Assembly (NCBI GenBank): GCA_051294375.1
Contig: CM119268.1
Span: 22,819,427 to 22,883,426, forward strand
Reading direction: 5' to 3'
Length of the DNA stretch: 64,000 nt
Source of the DNA: Paraspadella gotoi
Lineage: Eukaryota; Animalia; Chaetognatha
A program made the position numbers and the translations under genes. Positions 34,417-45,774 of this stretch are shown here, piece after piece. Under the pieces are notes generated by a model, which was not told where the DNA came from, made no database searches, and was given only the letters and a program-made list of their open reading frames with translations. The stretch's first letter is position 1, and each line of letters starts with the position of its first letter.

Positions 34417-35225
34417 AAAAAGCGACGACTCCAACGAGGGTCAGTTCTTTTATTAACATTTATTCTCTAAACCCAAGTTTGAGAAAGTTTTAATTGTTTA
34501 AGTTTTCAGAGAACTCATTCTGGCAAAATTTGGTTAAATTTGAATTGTCTTTGCTTGCCATAAGGAAAATGCCCTCAGTTGCACCTTTGATGAACGCAGA
34601 AGCCTTTGAAATTTTGCGTTTTTTCTATAAATTAAACAATATTATTATAAATATTTCATCATTTTCTTTATAGAAAGCTAAAACCAAAAACAAATCAAAT
34701 TTAAACCATAATTATTACTAGTGCTTAGTAGTAGTATTAGTAGTACTTAACTGTACTTCTTTTCAATTTCCAGACGACGACGATGAAGACGACTCCTCGT
34801 CCTCAGACGACGACGCCTTCGAAAAGTCGCTCAAGAAAAATTTCAAAGATCGAAAGACGGCGTCGACCTCGAACTCTAAACCGACGACGCCGGATCGTCG
34901 TTCGGCGTCGTCGGTTTCGGCTCGCACAGTGACCAGCGTGGAGAAAGACGCCGCGAATAAAGACTCGAAAAAGCCTCTGTGCCGACGAATCGGTTTGGAG
35001 AAAGAGGCGGAGGAAGAGGTTCGACTCGTGGGCGGAGTTCGGGAATCAACCTTCGTCCCCAAATCCAAATCGTCGGCTCCGCCTAAACCTTCCTTCGCCA
35101 CTTTGAGACAAGAACAGAAAGAGGCCGAGTACAAAAAGCGGAAGAAGGAGAGACGCGGGGCGGGTGGAGTTTTGCCCAAGGCCAAGTTACCGCCCAAGTT
35201 TTATATGGGGAAACGGGTCCAGTGA
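31711..35225 (+). CDS. NOL10: Nucleolar protein 10 (Enp2 homolog, WD40)
   Basis: About 11 exons. Motifs [76 protein letters not shown] and DDRFQKMFQNPDFQID. Confidence 0.94.
32995..33075 (-). repeat. Truncated copy of the tRNA-derived repeat at 45915-46113
   Basis: Near-identical to 46032-46112 (ACCTTTGGGTTGGGAGGCGAATGACTTGC...TGGTGGATTTTAGTCCACCATA). Confidence 0.8.
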
Positions 35226-35594
35226 TGGAATTTCTGCGAATGTTAGGAATATTAGGAATATTAAGAATATTCTAAGTTGTCGTCCTCGAATTGTTACGAA
35301 TTATTTTGCGTCCCTTCGTTTCCGAATCGTGTTTCGTTGAAGTTTTCTTGTTGATTTGATATTTTTTTGTTTTTTAGATCTAGAATTCTGAATTTGAGAT
35401 TAGGAGTGTTTTTCTAATCTTTGTCATAGTTGAACATCTTAAAATCCATACGAGACTCGATCATCGATCCTCCAATCATAAATCCCCAACTGAAAATCTC
35501 AAAATCCTCGAGGATCCTCCATGTCCCGTTTGTCCCGTTTGTCCATCCTATAAGCACCATCCGCTCTTCTTCCACCCACTCGTCCAAAATCCTC

Positions 35595-36779
<1,185 letters not shown>

Positions 36780-37377
36780 CGAAGAAAAAAAAACTTATTC
36801 TGCCGAGAGAAGATCGCTCCGCTTTGATGAATCATGTGATATTTTCATAATTCATATTGTTCCCTGGTATATTTCTCCTTGTCAGGATCGTTGGTCGATC
36901 CAAATTAGAAAGAATGATTGGTATTTCATTTGTATAATCGCCTTTTTATTGTCTTCAGTGATACTGAAAGCCATGTTTTTGTGGCCTTCATTCATTCTTT
37001 CACTTCTATTCTTTCCTTCCTTCAATCTCTGCATCATTTTTTTTTTAATTCTTTCTTTGTCTCGACTAGTCTTCTTCTTCTCTTTATCTTTTCCTTATTT
37101 AAAAATACATACGCTTGTCAAATCGCCCTTCTGCCTTGTCATTTGTCAACTTGTATTTCATTTATTCAACAGCACTAGTAAGAAATGAATTGTGCCAATT
37201 AAATAAAAACAAACAAACCAACAAAAAGAAAAAAATAAACAAACAAAAACAAAAAAACAAAAAAAAAACACAACGTAACAATGATCCACGTAGGGAAACT
37301 GCTAAGAACACTCTAGCTAATCAAAAAAACCTTGTCAATCTTGCGAACGCTTCGTTTTACACTCCAAACGTCACGAA

Positions 37378-40300
37378 ATGGCTCTTCCCACAAATTCCAA
37401 TGATGATAGCAAGACAAAGAGTTCATTCCGAATATTTTGCAACCTTTTCATAGCATTCATTGGTAACGGGCGAGCTTCTTGTGGAATGTGGATTTATAAT
37501 AATAATAATAATGTATTTTCAATTGGGCGATTGGTGCGCAAATTTCAGGAGCTGGTATCCTTGGTCTTCCATTCGCCTTCAAGGAAGCTGGACTTCTCGA
37601 AGGCTGCCTCATCATGCTCACCGTGGGCTTCATTTCCTCTAAAGCCATGATTCTTCTCATCAACTGCAAAGAAAAAATACTCTCCTCTCCAAATTTGTAC
37701 TGCGTGAGTCAGTTTTTACCATCTGCAACGCAAATGGACGAAACGCTTTCTCCAGTCACTCGTTGTATCCCCGATTCTCTCTCTCTCCAGGGAACACCAC
37801 GTCGAACTCCCTCGTCGTCCCCGCCGCTGGAGAAGAGAGGCTCACCCCTCAAGCAGCTCGCCCATATTCTCCACGCCGCCACAGCCCTCAACGTCAAGGA
37901 AGAGAAGGACGGCAAGCTCGACAAGCAGCTTCTCTTGCCCAAGTAGGCACCTTTCAGATTCGTACATGAGATAATTTGGCGCTTCTCGGGTTCCTTCGAA
38001 ATGTCCAACGGATTAAGAGTCCCTTAATTATTGTTATGTTTCGACTTTTGGCAGCAAATCCGAGGAGCCAGAAATTAAAGTTCCTCCTAAGACCATCATG
38101 TACGGCGACGTCGGCTACTACGCCTTAGGGACTTTGGGTGAGTTGACTTCCGAGTTTTAGCCTCGAGTAAGTCTTTTGCCCTTTTCTTCCCAGAACGCTC
38201 CATTTAATCTTAAATTTGGAATTACATTATTTTTTTTAAATTAAAGATCAGGTTGGAAGTTAAGGGTTAAGGTTAAAAATTAAGCATAATGGTTTAGGGT
38301 GAAGTTAAAATTTGAGATTAAGGTTAGAGATTAGGGTTAGAGATTAGAGTGAGGGATTGGGTTATACATTTGATACTAAAATTAAAATTAAATTCCGCGT
38401 TAAAACAACAGAAATGAGGAGCTCTGGTAAAAGAGAGAGTAAAAGAGAGCCAGTCTTATAATATAATCCCCTCGACTCAACCCTCATTTCAGGCAAAATG
38501 TTGGTAGAGATCGCGTTGGTCATTTCTCAAGCGGGATTCTGCTGCTCGTACCTCATCTTCATCTCGGAGACGGTCAGTTCTCTCATCCCAGTGACCCGGA
38601 TACAAGTTTTACTCGGCGCCGTGGGTCCGCTCATGGTCATGTCTCTCATCAAGGTGAGCAGGGTTTCTTCAAAAAAAAAAAAAAGCTACAGAACTACAAA
38701 GAAAAATTTTAATATTGATTGAAAAACTTTATTATTAAACTCTTTCAAACTAATTGCTAAAATAGTTAATAGGGCTGCGCATCGTTCGAATCGAAGTTCC
38801 GATCAAGATTCCTTTATATTTCACTTCTATTCAAAACTGCATAGTCAAGGCCCATAATAAATTATATCAATATGGGTAGATTTCGAAAGCTTGGCGTCTT
38901 GGGAAGCCAACGGAGGTAGAAGCGCGATCGAAATTCCCATTTTATCATGCCCAAAAATGGTATTTAAATGAACTGGTCAGACCGTTTTTTACCTTTTTCC
39001 CAAAAAACTTGCTTGATCTTTTGTAAAATAGAACAAATCATACATATCAGTACGGTTTCGGATAGCTTATTGTCTTTCTCTACTAGATAAAAAAAAGAAA
39101 AGTTTTAAATTCTTGCAATCTTGAATGCTTGATAAAGCAATCAATGAACTGGTTTTTTAGGTGAAAACTGCATAGTCAAGCCTTCAATTTTTTTTTGTTC
39201 TAAGACCATCGAAAGAAACTGTATTGTTTTTACTCTGTTTCAGGTAGAGCGCGGGGGTAAATTTAGAGAGTTTATATTAAATTTAGAGCAAATAGAAAGG
39301 ATATCAAGTTTTCGCACGCTAAAAGCTTTTTTAAGCGCGTTCCGGTCTGTATTGAAAATGGTTGACGTAGGTTATCCAATGAGGACATCAATTAAAAATA
39401 AGCATTGATCATGCGCGATCCGGGCCAGATAAATACCATATTTCAACATGGCTTTACCGTATTTTTACGTTTTAGAACGCGGTCTGTATGAAATGTTTTG
39501 AATTTCACGCCCGTGATATTGGCGTTCTAGGCGTCGTTTGTCCCTTGTTAGTCTCTTTATCTTATCTCTTGAAGAGACATTAATTATTGTTATGTGATAG
39601 TGACAAAACAGTTCAATAAATCTTAAAAGCAATAGGGATCGAGCCTACTTTTGATGATAACCAAAATATTGATGCGAGATGATAACCAAATATTGATGCG
39701 ATGATAACCGAAGGATTGATGCGATGATAACCAAATGATGGATGCGATGATAGTCATTCATTGATGCGATGATAATCATTCATTGATGCGATGATAGTCC
39801 TTCATTGATCGGATGATAATCATTCATTGATGCGATGATAGTCATTCATTGATGCGATGATTGTCATTCATTGATGTGATGCTAGTCATTCATTGACGTG
39901 ACGTGACTTTGAAAAAAGTATGCATATTTAAAAAAGTATGCATACTTCAAAAAGTATGCATACTTTGAAAAAAGTATGCATACTTTTTTTTTAAAGTATG
40001 CATACTTTTTTCAAAGTATGCATACTTTTTTCAAAGTATGCATACTTTTTCAATTATGCATACTTTTTCAATTATGCATACTTTTTTCAAGTATGCATAC
40101 TTTTTTCAAAGTATGCATACTTTTTTCAAAGTATGCATACTTTTTTGAAGTATGCATACTTTTTTTGAAGTATGCATACTTTTTTTCAAAGTATGCATAC
40201 TTTTTTCAAGTATGCATACTTTTTTGAAGTATGCATACTTTTTGAAGTATGCATACTTTTTTTCAAAGTATGCATACTTTTTTCAAAGTATGCATACTTT

Positions 40301-43300
40301 TTTGAAGTATGCATACTTTTTGAAGTATGCATACTTTTTGAATATGCATACTTTTTGAAGTATGCATACTTTTTTTAAAAATATGCATACTTTTTTCAAC
40401 TTGCATATCTTTTTCAACTTGCATACTTTTTAACTGATTACCGCTAAATTATCTTAGTCAAATCCGACATTGTTTGCTCAAACTTGTTCATAATAAAATA
40501 AGCCGGATTCAGATATGACAAATTTTAGATATTAAACTATCGTCATCATCATTAGTTTAATTAATTTTATTCATTGCATCAATTTACTTACCATTATAAA
40601 TCATTAAAATGATTCAAAAATGAAAAATTAATCGTGAAGTAACGATAGTGAATTCTTAATCTTGAATTAACGAATATAAATTGAGTTAGTTTAATAGTAG
40701 TTTTGCTGTGAGATCAGTCAATATACTTTTAATTTATTACTTCTTTAGCTCTCTTGTCTTTTTCCTTTTTTATTTTGTTATAATTATGTTATTTTTGTGA
40801 TTAATTTTGTAAGGATTCCTTTTTTTCCGGGCTTTGCTTATTCTATTTTCTCTTATGAGGCCCGGTTCGCGCATAATCGCTATTATCGGTTTAAAGCTTA
40901 GTACTACAGTAGTTCAAATCCTTATTGGATCAAAACGAGTTCGATTTTAAGCGAAAGTTGATCGATTTGAAGCGCGATTTTCGCGACTGTTTTATTGCCA
41001 TAACTTTTGAACGGATTGTCCGATTTTTATGAAATTTTGCATATAGATAGTATTTTAAATTCCCTATCGATCGGTACCAAATTTATTTAAAAATACTCAA
41101 TAGTTTAGAAACGAGGCACATCCCCATAGTTAAATAATACTTCTAGATCGTTTTTCATATCTTTTGATAAACTGCTACAACATGTAAATGAGATTGAAGA
41201 ACTCATTTGAAATGAACCACAAGATAATTCTGCTACACATTCGACGAAGAATAAAGTAAGAGAGATGAAGGAATCCTCCCCCCCCCCCTCGATCCTTCCT
41301 TCAGGATCTCCACTCGATGGCCGTCTTCAGCTTCCTCGCTCAGTTCGCCAACCTCTCCGCCTTCGCCGTCGTCTTCTGGTTCGACTTTGAACATTTCGGT
41401 TCAGTTCCGGTCAAACCCAAATCCGCCTCCTTCTCCTCCGTCCCGTTTTTCATGGCCGTCAGCATTTATTGTTACGAAGGTATTTTAGATAATTATTGTG
41501 ATTTTTATAATTCGTCCTTTTATGAATACATTTATTAAAAAAAAAAACATTGACTCCTTCCCTCGTTGGAATTGAGTTGACCTCATCTTACCTCACCTTA
41601 CCCTCCACAGGGGCGGGCATGATCCTATCGATCGAAGACTCCGTCGCTCCGTCTCATCGCTTCAAGTTTCGAAAACTCTTCGTCATCTCGATGGTGCTGG
41701 TCACTTTTCTCTACGTTAGCTTCGGCGCCGCCGGTTATCTCTCGTTCGGCGCGGACACGAGCCCCATCATCACCAGCAACTTACCACACGGCACGGGTGA
41801 TTAAGCGGGGAGGTTTTTAACCTTCTCTTTTCAATGTCATGCAGCCGGAAATTATAGATTAATAATAAAAATTGTTTTTGTTCGTTAAGTTCTTTATTTA
41901 AAACCAAAATTGAGAAAGATGGATTCACATGAAAGACATGATAAAGAGCACCATGCCGCCAATGATGAAGAGAGAGCCGAGGAAATCCATCAGATTTCCG
42001 ATTTCCCAGGGACAAAAGAGAGAAAGAAAGTAGAGGACGATTCCCAAGACCACCAACTTGATCCCCATGTCTTTTTTCGAATTCCCGAGTCCTCCCCTGA
42101 ATTGGAAATGAGAAAGGTCAAACTGCCCCCCGGATGACGGGGTTGTGATTCCCCGTTGCTTAACTCACGGCTTTGGCAAGGGACTGTTGAACGATCGGCA
42201 AGACTGGACTCCGAGATTTGGTGCTTTGAGCCATTTGATCGGTTGAGGGACGGCGATAAAGTTTAGTCTCGAAGTCGTCGCCAGATGTGCGTTGCGATCC
42301 GCAGAAAAATTCAAGTTTCTGAAGGATTTTAGAATCGAATTGTCATTAAGTTCTTTCGTTATTTAATTTTTTTTGTCATAGCTAAACCTTATTTCCGTTT
42401 GAAAAGCTAGGATTCTAAAATGAAATGTCTAAATTTTGTTTGTATAATTCAACGATTAGTAAACATTAAACGTCTTCTACAGAAGTATCCTTTGAAAAAT
42501 CGTTTAAAACGTGAAAGAAAAACCTAATTGATAGATACGGGAAATAATCATAACTGTACCGTATTCAATTTGATATGTAATTTGTAGACATGATGTAATA
42601 ATCCTTTCTTTTTTCGTTGTTAGTTTGTTAGTAGAGAAAAGCAAAGTTTTTAGAATCTTTTACAACGAATTTATTTTGATTAGATACGGACATGTTAAAG
42701 GCTTTTCTCTACTGATATGTAATTTAAAAAATTATTACCCCATTAAAACTTCTGTTATGCTCGATTCTTGTTGAATGGCAAATACGAGATTTCGAAAAGG
42801 AAATTGCTTCGGAGTCGTGCGTTTCAGATTTGACGTTTTCAAATTTTTAGATTTTCCCGCCAAGTTGCAAATTCGTAACAGATTCATTTTAACTGAAGCT
42901 GAGATAATTTTGTAAGTCTTGTGCAAAATTTTATTAGATTCAAGCGGTAAAATTCACTTTATTGTTCCAATCATAATTTCAACATTTTAATCTTTGCCAG
43001 GTGACGACAAAAAATCTACTAAGCTCTTTTTTAAAGAAAATATTTTATTCGAAAATTCTGAATAGAATTTCAATGAGTTTAGTATATTGTAACATTCTGC
43101 TTTACGTAGCTTATTAATAAAAAGCGTTGGCTTAAAGTAAAATTAATTCCCAGGGTCTTCCATCGATTTCGCGATCGTCGTGAAGCTGTTGTTGTGCATC
43201 GCCCTCCTCTTCACGTACCCCGTGATGTTGTTTCCGGTGATCAAACTCGTTGAAGCCAACGCGGAGGAGCCTCTCGAGGCCACCGTCCGACGCCTCTGCC

Positions 43301-44459
43301 GATTTTGCCCGCTCCTCGACGTAAGTTTAAACATTGAGGTTCGATCATCGAAGCGTAACAAGGAAAAGACTGTTGACACGTTACATTTCCCCGCAGCCGG
43401 AAATGGTGAGTCGAACGGCGATCCGCCTCTCGCTCGTCCTCCTCACCAACTTCGTCGTCCTCCTCATCCCCAACTTCGCCAACCTGATGGCGCTGGTCGG
43501 CGCCTCCTGTTGCACCCTCCTCGCCTTCATTCTCCCCGGGATCTTTCACTATCAACTCTTTCGCAATTCAGGTCGCTCATTCTCTCTCTCACTTCTTTCA
43601 TTGTCTCTTTGAGCTCTGGTGACCAGAAGTATTTAACCACTCGACAAAAACAAAGAATGTCTCTTTCTCTCACCGCCATTAACACCATTTTTTTTTCGAA
43701 ATGGAGGAGGCTTGTACTTGTAAATGTGTAAGTGAAACTCCGCAACCGTTTTAACTAAATGGTAAAATCGAAATTAATTTTTCCAAATGGTCATCGCGTC
43801 CGAATTGAGGAGCGAAACTCGTGCGAATCACCGACGACTTTCGCCGATACTTCGTACATAATTTGTCTCATTAGGAATTTAGGATGTAATGTGATTCATT
43901 ATCATTAATGTAAAATTAAAATGATATTTTTAAATTCGCACGCCCGCAATGACATTACGAGAATAAGTTTCGATGTATCATTTTTTTTTGTTCTCGTTAA
44001 TTGGTTCTCGTTCCGATTTTTTTTTTATTCCAGAGCTTATTTTTGAAATTCTCCCCGAGAACCCACGAAAAGGGTCCCTCCCACCTTTAACCCCCCCCCC
44101 TCCCGGACCAACCTCCAACATAAACTTCCCTCCTCCCAGGTCTCGCCCGTCGAGAGATCCTCTTCGACGTCTTCCTCATCATCCTCGGCATCGTGGGCGC
44201 CTCGCTCGGCACCGCCGACGCCCTCAACCGGATCCGCAAGCCCTTGCCCACGCCGACCCGAGCCGCGATGTTCCGCGCCCGAGTCAACTCTTCGCTGCCA
44301 CGCCCACTTTTCTCGGCGACGTCGCCCGGCGCCGCCCCGAGCCCCACTCCGCCGGCCTTTGTCGAGGCCTCCTCCTCCTCCTCCTCCCCTCCCTTCTCGT
44401 CTTGGATTTCCTCCACAGTTTCCTCGATCGTCGAGAAAATATTCGACTCCGTCGCGTGA
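37378..44459 (+). CDS. Amino acid transporter, AAAP/Aa_trans family (SLC36/AVT3-like)
   Basis: Ten exons. Motifs NLFIAFIGAGILGLPFAFKEAG, YGDVG, SQAGFCCSYLIFI, IYCYEGAGMIL, GAAGYLSFG, LLFTYPVMLFPV and IPNFANLMALVGA...LAFILPG. Confidence 0.88.
39650..39895. repeat. ~21-bp tandem array (TGATGCGATGATA.TCATTCAT)
   Basis: Directly visible. Reverse-orientation relatives at ~47378-47620 and ~59535-59700 also share a downstream TAGTAACGTCT.G.GAGATCA...TTTTAGGATTTTT segment. Confidence 0.8.
39912..40430. repeat. Tandem array of palindromic AAGTATGCATACTT units separated by T-runs
   Basis: More than 20 units of ~19-22 bp, without unique spacers. Confidence 0.9.
41925..42887 (-). CDS. Nested antisense gene: 156-aa protein with a basic N-terminus and two C-terminal TM helices
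   Basis: Exons 42887-42739, 42318-42169, 42096-41925, with canonical GT-AG sites and matching phase 2/2. Ends MGIKLVVLGIVLYFLSLFCPWEIGNLMDFLGSLFIIGGMVLFIMSFM*. Confidence 0.65.
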
Positions 44460-45168
44460 ATCTCGCGCGGAGAAGACGGGGGGGGGGAAATTAGGCTGTG
44501 CTTGATATGAAACAAAAAAAAAAATAGGAATCGCAATAAGGTTTATACATGTCTATGTTGTCTCCCCCTCTATATGTAAGACTAATGATCTACTCTTTTT
44601 GAGGCTTAATACTCCTTTGCCGTTTGAGTTATCTTTCACATTTTTTTTCGGAATCTGTTAGATTTTTCCCACATTTTTTAATAGAGAAAAAACGCGGTTT
44701 TTTTGTTTTGTTTTTTACTGTTTCTTACTGTTTTTGTTGTTGTATCCGGCGTTGTTATTGTTATATATGAGCTTTGGCGAATTTTTTGTAAAAAAAGGAA
44801 CTTCATGTAACGGATTTTAACATGATTGAATTAAATTATTATATTTTAATTTAATGCCTTAAAATTCTTAGTTTCGTTATATCCGTCCTATTTCCTTGTC
44901 TTTTTAACCATCGCACACTCAACGCACAAAAGAATAGCAAAAGAATAGCATTAGTGTGGATGGACTCGGTTTTTATTTTAAAGACTTTCACCAGTTAATC
45001 AATCACGCACTTCCTCACCCAGTCACTAAATTGAGGGATGTACTGTTGTTATACCCGAGGATGAGGTAAATTTGAATCAGTTTATTATATTAAATAAACA
45101 AATTCTACTTTTTCAGAAACAAATTGGAATAAATTTTGTTTTAAGTTCTGCTAAAGAAAAAATACGTA

Positions 45169-45206
<38 letters not shown>

Positions 45207-45268
45207 CATTTTAACTCGTTAAAACTAAAAGCGCTTTTCTTCTTTTTTTTGAATTTCGTTTAACTCAG

Positions 45269-45375
45269 GCATCGGATTGTGGGGAAAGTGTTTCGATTGT
45301 TTTCTCGCCGTCTTCGGTTCCATTTTCGGCGTGATGGGGACGACGCAGGCCGTCCTCAACCTCGAACTCAGCTGA
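45269..45375 (+). CDS. Alternative terminal exon of the amino acid transporter (second version of the last TM helix)
   Basis: Acceptor TTAACTCAG in phase 1, like 44140. Encodes GIGLWGKCFDCFLAVFGSIFGVMGTTQAVLNLELS*, which aligns with GLARREILFDVFLIILGIVGASLGTADALNRI. Confidence 0.7.
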
Positions 45376-45774
45376 AGACATTCGATGGCCCCGTTACGCC
45401 TCCTCCCGATTTCGATCTTTATTCTCGTCATCTGTTGTTGTTGAACGTCACTTCGCCTCCTGACGTTTCATAGACTCCTCTGTTTTTTATTTTATTTTTG
45501 GTATCACCAAATATTTGTACGGGGTTAACGGATTTCTTCCTCGTAACGATGGTGTTAACAACGAAATCCTTATTTAACTTAGATTAAATTTGTAGCTTTT
45601 ACTCGTCTTTTTTTTTAGAAGTTAAAATAACTCCGATGAACAGAATTGGAAAATTCGAAATCTTTATAAAAAAAACGAATTGGAGGCGACGATGAACGCG
45701 AAGACTCCTCAGTTTTGTCCCGATTAAAACGAAACGAAAACAAAACAAAACAAAAAAAAACAAAAAAAGATCAG

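Larger units (their letters stand above)
38770..41125. mobile_element. Non-autonomous hAT-like element in a transporter intron, carrying internal tandem arrays
   Basis: Imperfect short TIRs TAGGGCTGCGCATCGTT / AACGAGGCACATCCCC, with 8-bp flanking duplication ATAGTTAA at 38762-38769 and 41126-41133. No transposase ORF. Confidence 0.55.

Noticed and set aside
39912-40430. Regular palindromic repeats resembling a CRISPR array, and the 68-83 aa ORFs across them
   Set aside because: No unique spacers, no cas genes and a eukaryotic intron context; the ORFs are translations of the repeat.
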